DNA from: Leucoraja ocellata
Lineage: Eukaryota
Assembly: GCA_036785375.1 (NCBI GenBank)
Contig: JAWMAR010000034.1
Span: 10,602,001 to 10,666,000 of the forward strand
Direction of reading: 5' to 3'
Length of the DNA: 64,000 nt
Part shown: piece after piece, positions 22,841-35,927 of the stretch
How positions within the stretch are numbered: the first letter of the stretch is position 1
How the letters are laid out: each line of letters begins with the position of its first letter
Made by a program: the position numbers and the translations under genes
Notes under the pieces: generated by a model
Told to the model about the DNA's origin: nothing
Seen by the model: only the letters and a program-made list of their open reading frames with translations
The model's database searches: none

Positions 22841-23686
22841 CCCAGACTCAGCGTACCCCTCACCTACTTCTCCCACATACAGATTTTGCCTACAGATGCA
22901 CCCCATGGGTAGTTCTCGCCAAGGGTGTTCCTTCACTCGATACCACACGCTGCGCTACTTGCATGTTAATGGATTTATTCAAATTCATAGTGAATATTAA
23001 ATGTTGCTCATTCCAATGTGTTGAGCTTTATATAGATGCAGCTTGTGTAATTATGATGATAGAATCTTGTCACTTTTGTCTTGCTGGGGCTAGTAGGATG
23101 AAGACAACAGTTCTACAAATTCTCTTCCATGTCATAGGCCATCAATATACATTGCCAATCCTACATTGACTCCGAGATAAAGTCCAGAATTTCTCAACCT
23201 AACAACACTAGTGTTTCTTCAATACAAAAGCTCTAGTTATTTAAGAAGGCACATCGCAAACATTTTCTCCAGGCCATTTTCAGGATAAGGAATAAATGCC
23301 GACCTTTGCAATGCCGCCCATACCCTGAGAATGAATATTACAAAAAATAAATTACTGATATTGCCAGAAATTTACAACAAATTATAACACATGCAACTGT
23401 TGGAATCTTGAGCAAATCACAAAGTGCTGTAGGATCTGCTGAGTTCCTCAAGCATTGTGTGTTTAGAACAGACAATTACAGGATAAATAGATGTTGTCAT
23501 TCTGATGTATTAATATTTCTGTATCATATGTTCAGAAACCATTTTTGACGATTGGAACAAGGTGTTTATTGTTATGGATGATTATTACCATGTAAAGTTT
23601 GTGCAGGCAAAGTAATCGATCCAGAGTTCTCCTTTTTTCTATGTATCTCTGATGAATGATCTGTTATATTTTGTTGATTAATTTAG

Positions 23687-23864
23687 GGTCAAGAGAGTGA
23701 TTCTTCAGAAACATCAATACCAGGCCCTCGCATTAAACATGTTTGCAGAAGGGCTGCTGTTGCACTTGGTCGGAAAAGGGCGGTATTCCCTGACGACATG
23801 CCTACCCTGAGTGCCTTGCCATGGGAGGAGAGAGAGAAGATACTCTCTTCAATGGGAAATGATG
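23687..23864 (+). CDS. KMT2A: KMT2A exon 4 (SNL2 region)
   Basis: TTTAG|GGT...GATG|GTAAGC; GQESDSSETSIPGPRIKHVCRRAAVALGRKRAVFPDDMPTLSALPWEEREKILSSMGND; 178 nt. Confidence 0.97.
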
Positions 23865-24384
23865 GTAAGCAACTCAAATACTTAATGTTTATCTGATAGT
23901 GTTGAGTCGGACTTTACTATTTGGAGGTAGAATTAGACCTCTGTGCAATTGTTTTCAGGCACAATTGAAAAAAAAACCTGGTTCTGCATAAATGCAGTTT
24001 CTAAAACATGGATTCGTAAAAATATGACGCGATAATTGATGTGGTTATTTCAAATTGGAATTTCACTCTGTGACAAAGGATTATTTCAAACTATTATGTT
24101 AATTCTTCAGTAAAAATTGGATGAGAGCATAGTATTTGAACTAAATAATGCACACCTAACAAGAAATATTAATGCAATCACCAGTAGGTAATCTTCTAGG
24201 TCACCTTAACAAGTGATATTGTCTAGAAAATGCTGTTTACACATTTGTTCTGTGAAATATTAACTGCACTTGAGGTATAAATTAATTGACTGATGTGGTT
24301 TGACTGATTTCTAATTAGATAATTACTTTCCGGGCAAGGAGACCTGCACCCAGAGAATATAGGGCTGTTAAAATAGACATGAAG

Positions 24385-24690
24385 TCTTAGACTTAGTCAT
24401 GCATCATGGAAACAGTCCCTTCGGCCAAACTCATCCATGCTGACCAAGCTGCCCCATCTAAACTAGTCCCATATTCCCGCATTTGGCCATATCTCTCTAA
24501 ACGTATCCGTGCACCTGTCCAAATGTCTTAATTGCTGTTACAGCACCTTCCTGAACTACCTCCTCTGGCAGTTCGTTCCCTATATCCACCACCCTCTGAA
24601 GAGAAAAAGTTGCCCGTAGGTTCATATTAAATCTTGCCCCTCTCACCCTAAACTTACGTCATTTGGTTGTTTGATTCCCCTACCATGGGA
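24385..24690 (-). mobile_element. CR1 LINE 3' fragment
   Basis: GGAAACAGTCCCTTCGGCCAAACTCATCCATGCTGACC...CCCTACCATGGGAAAA. Confidence 0.75.
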
Positions 24691-25394
24691 AAATTAATTG
24701 TATAAACTCAAATTAATTGTATAAAAATGCTGACATTCTATTAACATTTGTTAGAAAGCCTCAAAGTTTGTTTTAATCGTTTAATGAACAGTTTTAAAAG
24801 GACACAGTATTTATTACATGCTTAGAAAAAACACTGGTTCTTCTTCCTTTGTAAGAAAGCCCTGTTATGCGATGGTATCTTTAATGGATTACCACAGTGA
24901 GTGTGTAGTATGAGGAAGCCAGTGCTTCATTTGTTGAATGAAAGACATATTGTAGCTTGGACGTTAAAAAAAACGTAATAACATTCCAACCGTGGAATGG
25001 GGAGCATGCGAACTTTACTACAAAAATGTGATGGTAGTGAAATAGAATGGTGAGGCAAGCAAAAGTCTGTAGCAACTATTTGGTTTACAGCCGTAGTTTA
25101 TTTGTGAGTTGGAAATTGCTTTGCAATTATTGTTCCACCCAGGTGGAAAAGAGTTCTCAGTGTCTGACTGAAATTTAACAGCCATTCCTGTGCATGTTTG
25201 AACACAGCTGTCTTCCAGCAGCTGAAGATTTAAATATTTGAGATGCTGCACTCTAAATATTTAAACTATGGTTTGATGTGTTTACGACGTTCTTGGAAGG
25301 GTTTGTAAGGCAGGTTTGAGATTTCTCTCCCTGTGATGAAGTTGTGAGGCTGCTCTTCTACAGAGTTGCTGCTTTGGAATTGGTTTGGATAGTA

Positions 25395-26601
25395 CAGTGC
25401 CCTCCATAATGTTTGGGTCTTTACCCATCGTTTATTTATTTGCCTCTGTACTCCACAATTTGTGATTTGTAATAGAAAAAATTCACATGTGGTTAAAGTG
25501 CACTGTCAGATTTTATTAAAGGCCATTTTTATACATTTTGGTTTAACCATGTAGAAATTACAGCTGTGTTTATACATAGTCCCCCCCATTGCAGGGCACC
25601 ATAATGTTTGGGACACATGGCTTCACAGGTGTTTGTAATTTCTCAGGTGTGTTTAAACGCCTCCTTAATGCAGGTATAAGAGAACTCAGCATCCAGTATT
25701 TCCTCCAGTCTTTCCATCACCTTTTGGAAGCTTTTATTGCTGTTTATCAACATGAGGACCAAAGTTGTGCCAATGAAAGTCAAATAAGCCATTATGAGAC
25801 TGAAAAAGAAGAATAAAACTGTTAGAGACTCCAGCCAAACCTTAGGCATACCAAAATGAACTGTTTGGAACATCATTAGGAAGAAAGAGAGCACTGGTGA
25901 GCTTACTGGTGGACAGATGAGACGAAGATTAACTTATATCAGAGTGATGGCAGGAGCAAAGTATGCAGAAGAAGGAACTGCCCAAAGCATACCACCTCAT
26001 CTGTGAAACACGGTGGTGGGAGTGTTATGGCCGGGGCATGTACGGCTGCTGAAGGTACTGGCTCACTTATCTTCATTGATGTTACAACTGCTGATGGTAG
26101 TAGCATAATGAATTCTGAAGTGTATAGACACATCTTATCTGCTCAAGTTCAAACAAATGCCTCAAAACTCATTAGCCGGTTGTTCATTCTATATCAAGAC
26201 AATGATGCCTAACATACTGCTAAAGCAACAAAGGAGTTTTTCAAAGCTAAAAAATGGTCAATTCCTGAGTGGCAAAGTCAATCACCCGATCTGAACCCAA
26301 TTGAGCATGCCTTTTGTATGCTGAAGAGAAAACTGAAGGGGACTAGCCCCCAAAACAAGCATAAGCTGAAGGTGGCTGCAATACAGGCCTGGCAGAGCAT
26401 CACCAGAGAAGACACCCAGCAACTGGTGATGTTCATGAATTGCAGACTTCAAGCAGTCATTGCATGCAAAGGATATGCAACAAAATACTAAACATGACTA
26501 CTTTCATTTATATTACATTGCTGTGTCCCAAACATTATGGTGCCCTGAAATAAGGGGACTATGTATAAACACTGCCGTAATTTCTAGTGACCGGAAATGT
26601 A
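25395..26601 (+). mobile_element. Tc1/mariner DD34E DNA transposon (IR/DR type), defective, right TIR truncated
   Basis: TA|CAGTGCCCTCCATAATGTTTGGG left end; inner DR at 25591-25617 and its inverse at 26522-26546; transposase remnant 25752-26491 with WTDETK, KHGGGSVM, QDND-34aa-SPDLNPIE, internal stops and a deletion. Confidence 0.93.
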
Positions 26602-26743
26602 AATACTGTCGAGCAATGAATCAATGAAAACATGTTCTCCAGTGATTCACCACTGCGTGGAGGATACAGCAGAAATTTATTAGATCAGATTTTATCCACT
26701 TGTGCATAAGGGAACAATTAATATGTAACCATTTGTCTTGCAG

Positions 26744-26969
26744 ATAAATCATCAGTGGCTGGGTCAGAGGATGCTGAGCCACCCACACCAGTAATTAAAC
26801 CAGTAGCCAAGCACAAAGTCCCACAGGAGCCTATTGTTCGTAAAGGGAGGAGGTCACGTAGGTGTGGACAGTGTCCGGGCTGCCAAGTTCCAGATGACTG
26901 TGGCCAGTGTACAAATTGCTTGGATAAGCCCAAGTTTGGTGGTCGAAATGTAAAAAAGCAATGTTGCAA
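26744..26969 (+). CDS. KMT2A: KMT2A exon 5 (CXXC zinc finger)
   Basis: TTGCAG acceptor, AA|GTGAGT donor; RRCGQCPGCQVPDDCGQCTNCLDKPKFGGRNVKKQCC with KFGG motif; 226 nt. Confidence 0.97.
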
Positions 26970-27030
26970 GTGAGTAAAATTTCATATGCACCTATTTGAA
27001 AGGAAAAATTAGTTAAATTAGTTAATGAGT

Positions 27031-27232
27031 AAAAAAAAAAAAAATTTTCTATAGCACATTTTTAGTCAACTTGCATTGACCCCAAAGTGCTTCACATAAT
27101 TACATTACATTTTACACACAGGCAAAGGTTGGTGAAGTATCTTGCCCCATGGACACAACGACAGTATGCACTCCAAGCGGGATTCGAACCGGCTACCTTC
27201 CGGTTGCCAGCCGAACACTTAGCCCATTGAGT
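27031..27232 (-). mobile_element. Young tRNA-derived SINE
   Basis: Minus strand has A-box-like TGGGCTAAGTG, B box GGTTCGAATCC and CORE-like GTGTCCATGGGGCAAGATACTTCACC; CpGs retained. Confidence 0.8.
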
Positions 27233-27665
27233 AGAATTAGACCATTCCGCCTGTTGTCTACTCCGCCATTCAATCATGGCAGATCTATCTCTCCCTCCTA
27301 ACCCCATTCTCCTACTTTCTCCCCATAACCTCTTGACACCCATACTAATCAAGAATATATCTATCTCTGCCTTAAATATCCACTGACGACCTCCACAGCC
27401 TTCTGTGGCAAAGAATTCCACAGATTCACCACCCTCTGACTAAAGAAATGTCTCCTCATCTCCTTCCTAAAAGAACGTCCTTTAAATCTCCAGTCCTAGA
27501 CACTCCCACTAGTGGAAACATCCTCTCCACATCCACTCTATCCAAGCCTTTCACTATTCTGTATGTTTTAATGAGGTCCCCCCTCATTTTTCCAAACTCT
27601 AGTGAGTACAGGCCCAGTGCCGAAAACGCTCATCATTTGTTGACCCACTCATTCCTGTAATCATG
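27233..27665 (-). mobile_element. CR1/HER1 3' fragment
   Basis: Reverse complement of the copy at 58165-58592. Confidence 0.85.
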
Positions 27666-29350
27666 GTAGGACTATATACACACACCTATCCGATAAATAT
27701 TTCACATGGTTTACAAATAACTTTTAAAGTGTGGAGCCTTGCTGCATAGGGATATGTGGTTTCTAATTTGTTCAGAATATGTGTTCTTAAACAGTAAAGG
27801 AGATGAATTATTGGTTTTGTGGTTTAGTAGAGAGATGAATTTGTGGTAGAAAGCACAAGATTCTTTAAATAGAACCACAGTATCTTTGATGCCCAACTGA
27901 ACATGCTTGGCATGGACCCTCGTTAATAATGAATTCCCTATTTACTTAGTGAAGGTGTTGGATGATGAATTTAAACATCAGTTGGCAGTAAATTATTTGT
28001 GTAGAATGCAGGAAACTTCCAAATTTTATTTATTTATTCCTCAACCTGCTCAGGAAAACTGTCGCACGGAAACATTTTGTTTCGCAACACTGATTAGGTT
28101 GGGATAAAGTCAACAATGGGTTCTTTCCTTGATTATTGAACTTGGGTGAAAATGGCACATGGATGTTTGGATTTGGTCAGATCTTGGATTTTATTATGCC
28201 CTTTTCTGGCTGAATGGCATCCCAGCTTTATCTTTGCCAGTTGTATGGACACTTGAATGAGTTATTTAGAAGTTGCTGGTGCCCATGGTTCCCCCCCGCC
28301 CCGCCAGTAAAAGTTGATGTTAGGCAAAACGAGGACTGATAACATGAATGGTATGTTCAGAATAAAGTGTTGTTCTGGGATAGTTTTCTTCAGCCAAATA
28401 GAGAACAGGTTTTACTGGATGTGATATTGAATGTTGGCTGGATTAATTAATGACATCGTATGAAGGTGTCCCATGGTAACAATGATGTCAATATGATGGA
28501 ATGTCACTTTGAGCGAAAGAAGAATGTGTCCATGTAAGGGCGATTATGAGGCCATTAGCACTAGCTAAAGTGAACTAGGGGATAGATTAGTCGAGAAACC
28601 GTGACAGATATTTAAGTCGCAGAGCAGATGCAGTCCAGTGAGAGAGAGAATATTCAATAATGGACCTCCGATCTGTAATTAACTAAAAAGTTAAATACTG
28701 AGCCTAAAGAAAAAGCAAATCATTGTGCAAAGATTGATGGCAGGTGTGAGGAGTGGATAAAATGTAAATAACTGTACAGAATGATTAAGGTTAATAAAGA
28801 AGGAATTAAATGTGAGAAAGCAAATCTGAGGGATTAATGTGAAAATGATATTAAATTGGGCATGAATCTTCATCGCCTCGGGCATTGAGATTAAACGACA
28901 GCGAGTCATGTTGTAGTTGTATAATACTTTGGTTCAGCCACATTTGGAGTTTTCTGTGCAGTTCTAGTCATTACATCAGAGACAGGATGCGGAAGCTTTG
29001 GAGAAGGCAAAGAGGAAGTTTACCACGACAATGCTGCATTTGAGTGTTTTATAGAAGAGATTTGACAAACTTGGGATTTTTTTCTGTGCTGCGTTGGAAG
29101 CTGAGGAACACGCTGATAGAATTATGTAATATGAGAAGCATAGATCGGGCAGAACCCTTTCCCAGGATGGAAACATTGAACAGGAGAGGGCATAGGTTTA
29201 ACGTGAGGGGGGGAGGAGGTGTTTTAAAGGAGATGTGAGAGGTAAGATATTCTTCACAGAGTGTGATAGGTGCCTGAAACATTCTTCCAGGGAAGGTGAT
29301 ATCGCAAGGAAAGTGGTACTCAGTAAATTTGTTGGATTGTGGACTTCATC

Positions 29351-29448
29351 CAGGGTCTGAAGAAGGGTCTCGACCCGAAACGTCACCTATTCCTTCTCTC
29401 CAGAGATGCTGCCGGTCCCACTGAGTTACTCCAGCTTTTTGTGTCTAT
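29351..29448 (+). mobile_element. Penelope-like pLTR repeat with intact hammerhead
   Basis: Flanked by a CTTCATC direct repeat (29344-29350 and 29449-29455). Confidence 0.8.
29353..29388 (+). ncRNA. Minimal type I hammerhead ribozyme motif in Penelope-like repeat
   Basis: GGGU CUGAAGA A GGGU-CUCG-ACCC GAAA CGUC ACCU: intact core, stem II, stem I and ACGU palindromic stem III. Confidence 0.7.
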
Positions 29449-30621
29449 CTTCATCTTAAAAGCATGATAGTTAATGTGTTTGTTCCACATTTTCAGGAAA
29501 AGTTCTGTTCGTTAGAAGATTGGTAAATGCAACTCTTTCATTCAAAAAGGGATGGAGATACAAAAATATATACCACAGGCTTGTCAGTTTATCATCTATC
29601 ATAGAGAACAAATTAGTAGCTAAAGTATTACTGCAGGGCACTTGGAAAAATTCAATATAATCTGGCAAAGTCGATGTGGTTTGTCCATTTTATTGGAGTT
29701 ATTTGAAGAAGTGCTGTAAAAAGGAAAGCTGGTGGATATGCTGCACTTGGATTTATGAACACATTTGATAAGGTGCTTTGAAGTTTATTTAAGAAAATAA
29801 AAATTTATGGTGTAAGTGGCAATGATTTGGTATGGATGGAAGATTGGCTGGCTAGCAGGAAACATACCAGGAATAAATGAGCTTTTTCTAATTGGGAAGT
29901 AATAAATGACGTGCTGCAAGTATTGGTACGTGGGCTTCAACTATTTACAATTTGTCTAAATGACATTGAAGGCACCAAAAATATCACAAAGTTTGATGCA
30001 GAAATATGTTGGAAGGTAAATAATGAAACGGGCAAAACTTGGGCAGGAACAAATAACAGTGTATCAGTGAAATAACGAGATTATTAAAATATTTTCTCTC
30101 AGATGGTCTTGAGCGGTTATAACTCTTCTGAAATCTTGGCGCTCATAGTAAGCACATCAGCCTTAAACATTTTGAATAGCAGAACAAGCTTAAGAGATCA
30201 AATGACCTGAACCTATTCTTAATTCTTGTATTTGTATGTATGCATGTGCCATCGCATTTACCTATAGACAGCAATCCATAGGCTAGAGATGTCTGTCTTG
30301 ATAGCATAGAATGATCAGATCAAAATAACTTAACTCCAGGCCCTTTTGAGCTTTCAGGTTTCCCAAATACACTTCTTGTGGGATCAGTGTATATTTATGT
30401 ATAACCCCTGACATGAAGTCATTTGATATGATTTGTAGTGTTACTGAGGTTTTAGGCAAACTCCATGTAAGTGGTCCTGTTGATTGTACACAGTCAGAAT
30501 TGAGACCAAGCTATAAAAGGTGTCGTGTCTGTAAATGTAAGTGAATGCCACAGCTCATTAACCTGGTCCCTTTTGTGCCATATCTATAAAACATCTCACT
30601 TTAAACTCTTTTTAAATGCAG

Positions 30622-30686
30622 AATGCGGAAATGTCAGAATCTTCAATGGATGCCTTCTAAAGTACCTCCTCCAAAATCTGTTAAAG
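30622..30686 (+). CDS. KMT2A: KMT2A exon 6 (end of CXXC)
   Basis: TGCAG|A ATG CGG AAA TGT...AAAG|GTGAGT; MRKCQNLQWMPSK; 65 nt. Confidence 0.95.
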
Positions 30687-30931
30687 GTGAGTATCTGTCC
30701 AGAGCTGGACTCTTGAGTTGATGGGTTAAGCTGTTGAATTAGGGGGTTAACAGAAAATGAATGCATGTACCTGGCAAAAATAATAACTGTTTGAGTATGG
30801 TATCTGATGCACATGAAACTATATTGCATCTTTGATCACTGCCTTCAGGAGAGAATAAGGAATTCAGGTGAGCTTGACTAGTATTGTGTCAGTTCATAAT
30901 TTGGCTTATGAATTTTAACTTTCAATTTTAG

Positions 30932-31294
30932 TGAAGAAAAAGGAAAAGAAAACAAAAATACACGAGAGAAAGGAGGTGCCACCAGAAAAACAACAGACTG
31001 ACATCAGCCATAAAAGCTCTCCACAGAGTGTTTCACAAGAGCACTCACAGAAAGTAAACCAGGTTCCTCATCAACACAGTGACCAGCCGTTTGAGGAAGG
31101 CAGCTCTTCCCCACCCTCTGAAGCTCGGCAACAGGCTACAATAGTTTCACCTCTGCGGAAACCTAGCAAACAACCTCCTCAGCCACCTGAACCCAGTTTG
31201 CCTCTGCAGCCAGGTCACGTGCAATTAAAGAAAGAATCAATCAAGCCTGTTCTGAATGACTCAAAGAAAAAACAGCCACCGCAAACGGAATCAG
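30932..31294 (+). CDS. KMT2A: KMT2A exon 7
   Basis: TTTTAG acceptor, TCAG|GTAATC donor; VKKKEKK...KKKQPPQTES; 363 nt, phase 1->1. Confidence 0.92.
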
Positions 31295-32818
31295 GTAATC
31301 TGAACATGACTAGGTCACGTTTACACACTTTGTTGCTGGGTGTTTGTGCTGAGTACAATTTCTTATGAAGCTCGTCCATCTTTTCCAAGAAGCTGCCAGC
31401 TCAGTTGGAAAAAAAAAGGATATTTATCAATATTGCAGGGCTTAGACTTCATCATATGCTGGCACTTCCCTCCACTCTTATGTGGCATAGTGGGCTTGCA
31501 GCTTGCACATCTGCTGATAAACCTTGTTGTAAGTTGGATATGAGGCTGATTCCTTGCGGGAGGGGTGGGGTGTTGCAGTGAGCGTGAATAGAGTGAAGCT
31601 AGAATCAGATCGACCACCTCTGCAAGCAGCATTGTAATTTGCTAGCTTGTGTCCCTCTGCCTAGGGTTGCCTGGTCATCTGTCACATTATAAAACTGATT
31701 GGTGCTGTGTCTTATGTCTTGCAAGGTAAATATCCTGTGTTACAGTGTAAAGCTGGAGATAGCTATCCTTGCAGGCAGGTACTGGGAAATTCTGTAACAT
31801 GTTTGCATAACAATCAGATTTATTTAATTTTGATAACTCTCCTTCTAAAGAGTAATCATCTCCGTGTTGCTGCCATAATTATTTATCTCCAAGCAAGAAA
31901 TCTTCCATACACTTATTCTGTCTGCTGCTATTCGTTAGTGCATTTGCTGTGGGGGAAATATGCTGAACACAAAGTGGCCTTCTGTGATTGATGTGAAATA
32001 TAGAATTCATTTTCCATATTTATTTATTTTATTTAATTGTCTCGCTTGGGGTCCTTGATCAACATACTGCCTCCTAACAAAAATGAAGGCAAGCAGGCTA
32101 TTTGCTTAAATATTGTAATTCCTGTCTTCAGTGTGCATCTTGGGTGACAATGTGGCTTATTTCCTATTCCATGGGAGCGCTTCCTAATAAAATTGAGCCC
32201 CTGCCATGAGAGAAAATAGATTTACACTTATTTCCTGTTGTGGGTATGTATATTGCTCATCCCTTACTGGCCTTGAGCGGGTTGATGGTGGGTTACCTTA
32301 TTGAATTATTGCAGTCCACCCTGCGTATGAGGGTGCAGTCCACCGTAAGGCTGTTGGGAATGGTCGAGGATTTAGATCCAGTGATACGGAAGGAAAGTTG
32401 ATACTTTTCCAAGTCGGAAGGGTTTGCGACTTGGAGGTGATGTTCCTGTGCTGTTCCTATGTTGAGTCACTGAAGCTGGAGTCTTGCTTGATTTCTGTTC
32501 TCTTTTCTGGAGTGCTGAAACCATTCATAGAGTCCAAAATGCTGCACTGGGTGAGATTTTAATTAAACACATTACTGTGTGACCATTGTGTTTTTATAAC
32601 TTTAATTGTTAGGATGCTCCATTGTGCTGACATTCATTGAAGGTTCCACAAAATCCTCAATATTTTCAGTCATAAAAGCCAGCTGTGCCTTCTGTCAGAT
32701 ATCAGGATTTTATTGCATTTATCGTATTTAGTGGGGAAAATGCCTCCTAAAGTGTGAACCTGTTGTCAGTGCAAGGTTCATCTTGGCTTGTCACTTAATA
32801 AAATCTTTGTTTCCCCAG

Positions 32819-32895
32819 CACTAGAGCTGAACAAGCAGAAGAAACCCCCTGCTCGTTTCAATATTCAGTTAAAAACTAAAAAGCCGAAAGAAAAG
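32819..32895 (+). CDS. KMT2A: KMT2A exon 8
   Basis: CCCCAG acceptor, AAG|GTGAGA donor; ALELNKQKKPPARFNIQLKTKKPKEK; 77 nt, phase 1->0. Confidence 0.9.
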
Positions 32896-35800
32896 GTGAG
32901 ATTTAAACTTTCATCCTAGGTTTTTAATTCTACCTTAAAGATCAACTCCAAAACATTCTGGTGCAGACATGTTCTGCTAGGTTATTCTGGTGACATTAAA
33001 AAGTATGCCACTGTATCAAAGCTTTTGGTGATTGCGTTTGTCTAAGATGTCTTCTGTAGGTCCCTGAAATCAGTTGGTCTTTTTACAATGCTATTCTATT
33101 TCAGCTGAATGGTAGAACAGTGTCATCAAACTTTCTTTCATGTTGAGGCCAAACCGTTATTTCTGTGTTACCCTGGCTAAATTTCACATTTAGAATTTCC
33201 AATGTAAACTGGGAATTCAGGTGTGCAATAGTCCATGTGCCAGATACTTTTACTGTGATTTTCCATCTAGTAAGGTTATTACAGAAAACTGTGTAGGCTA
33301 CAAATCAGGTGTGTACTCGCATTCATAGACCACACTTGTGTTGAGGAATGCCCAATTGTAAATCTTACATAGCTGTGCATCTCTTGCCTTGTAGTTACTT
33401 CTTCCGCCACCTATCTCTTTTTCTTCATGCCATGCACAAGTGCAACATGTGGTTCAAGAGGACTATGGGATATCAGAGTTGTCCTAGATATACAGAAGAA
33501 GCCTGTTGTTGATTCTCCTTGGGACTTTATTTGCTATTGGAAGGAAAGCATCATGTCTCTTCCTGATGTCTTCCTTAGTCTTTCCCACCTGTGTAGAATC
33601 ATTTGATGGGATTGGGGAAACTTGTGGTGTTGTTGATTTTGGTTCACGTAGAAGTTAATGGTTTGAAAGGGAGATTACCTTGTTTTAAAATGAATTCCCT
33701 TATTTCCTCCCCACCTCCTACTTTGTGCAGGTACAATTCCACTAAGGCTGGCAGTTTCCTGGTGCATTGCCAAATGTGCATTTTAATGTATGCGAATCCA
33801 GACAGTGAGTGTCACAAACTCCTTGACTGTATGGAGCATTACAGACATTTTACTTGATAATTTTCTTTTTACATATGTACTGGATACTGAGACCATTTGT
33901 AGCATCAACTGTTGCCCCGATTGAGAGCTGTTGACAGCACATTCTGGGCCCGTATGCCTTAGTCCAGTATTAAGTAGTGCCTTTTACCTATGTGGACAGC
34001 TGTGGGTAGCTTTGGAATAAAATCCAGTGTTGGCTAACCTTTTTGAGTTAATTTTACAAATTAACCAGAGACCAAGACTTACTGGCTGGGAGCAGCACAT
34101 AGTAAGACATTGGAAGCAAACTCTCCATAATGGAAGATCATGGAAACTAAATCTATAATTTCCCAGTCTGGGCTCTGCACGTGATCAAGCTCGCCACAAG
34201 GAATGCTATTGCTTGCAACATTCTCCTTGGTTTTATTACTTTAATAGAAGCATTGTCAATTCTAGCTGTTCAGTAAGACTTTACTTCATTGCTGGACAAA
34301 TGATGATTTCTTTCCTGATCTTGTTAAAATAGACAAATCAAAACCTAAATAGACAAATTGTTAAAATTTGCAATTTCTTCTCTAGCTTCCCACTGTGTCC
34401 TTGGATATGTCAAATCAGACTCGAGAGCTTTTATCTACCTTCATGCATCTTGGAATGCACAGCATCCCTTGCCTGTAATACAGACTGCCCTCAGTTAACT
34501 GTCACAAGTTCCCATAGCTGACCTCTTTGGTCTTTGAGTGGCCCCATTTTCTCCCTAGTTACCCTTTTTGCCTATAATACACTTATAAAATCTCTGGTTC
34601 TCCTTAATTTTATCTCCTGAGATACATCTCATGCCCCCCTTTTTGTCTTCCTGATTTCCTTCTTAAATATGCTCCTCAATACCCTATACTCCCACTGGGA
34701 AACACTTGATCTGAGCTACTTATACCTGACTTGTGCCTTCTTTTTCCTGACCAGGTCCTTTTGTGTAGGATTCATCTGTTTTAGACAGGATCGCTGACAT
34801 TTCCATGCTTCTGCTGATTTAGAACCTGAAGTTTGAATTAATGCTAAGGTTATCATTTTATAAACATTCAGGCTTTATTGCAAACTGTAAACGTGCTACT
34901 AACATGGCAGTGGTTTGAAATATCTAGAAGAACTGCTCCATCTGGGCTGCTTTAGCTAATATCCACGTTTCATGAATTTTGAAAGAAAACATTAATTCAT
35001 GTATTTATAAGAGTGGTGCTTCTCCCTTTCATCTTCCTGTCAGGACAGAACTATTTCAACTCTGTTGGAGCTGCCCTGTCATTCTGTAAGCAGGTGTAAC
35101 TTGGGTTGATTTTGCTGTTCAACATTCCTACACTCTTAGGATCTATGACACCTGCAGCTTGGCTTGGGTGTAACTGGGACCTTTTATTTGATAAAATAAA
35201 CCTGAACACCTGTCCTACCTGTTTTATAAGGCAGTGCGTCTGCACAACATCTGATTGGACTGCCTGGCTACTTCATGAAAAGTTTCTGTTTAGCAGAAGA
35301 GGGAGTACTGAAATAGAGCATGAATCAAGGCATTTAGAGGAGAAAACTGAGGCAGGGAAAATAAGAAGAGTGGAGGTTGAGGAAGGTTAGTGATGAATTA
35401 GAAAGTTTCAACTGAGACATAAATGCATGGAAGTGTGAAAAAGGAAAAAAGGACATATAAACAGTGAGGCACAGGAAAAAAATAGAAGAGAGTGATATGG
35501 AAATATTAATCACCAAAAGTATTTTGCAAGGTGTAACACTGCTGTAAGTACTGGAATCGGTATGTATTGTTCCATTTACTGGAGTCTAAGATGGTCTTTT
35601 CATTTCCACCTGTTCATGAAGTGAAGCTACCTTTTCTGTTCTGCATTAGGATTATATAGCATGTACAATTCCTTGAACATGATGCTATCTGAGCTTTTTC
35701 TCAATAATGTTTTCCAACACTTTGTTTATTTCCTTTGTTAGGCGGGACCAGCTCTAACTTAGTTTTATTCTCAAAATCCCATTCCACTGTTGGTTTATTG

Positions 35801-35927
35801 TTGCTCCCAATGGCAAGAATAAGTCCGGGGTATTGGTGATAAAAATGTTAATACTTCACTGGTTTGGAACAATGAAGTTTATATTTTCTTTGCTCCGAGG
35901 TAATACAAAATGTTACTGTTGATATAT

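Larger units (their letters stand above)
28390..30240 (+). mobile_element. Cluster of degraded CR1 fragments
   Basis: TATAATACTTTGGTTCAGCCACATTTGGAG, GGGCATAGGTTTAACGTGAG, GCTGCACTTGGATTT, GGATGGAAGATTGGCTGG; interrupted by the pLTR copy at 29351-29448. Confidence 0.65.

Noticed and set aside
16573-24724. Short tandem duplications (18 bp at about 16573, 19-bp period at about 24690)
   Set aside because: Two-copy slippage events, not arrays; nothing CRISPR-like in this eukaryotic window.
27160-27232. tRNA gene
   Set aside because: It has A/B boxes but no convincing acceptor stem and continues into a SINE body and tail.
30659-30686. Possible compensated frameshift at the end of exon 6 (KVPPPKSVK versus alternative-frame YLLQNLLK)
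   Set aside because: Similarity to the recalled human AYLQKQAK is too short to separate from chance; exon length and phase are normal.
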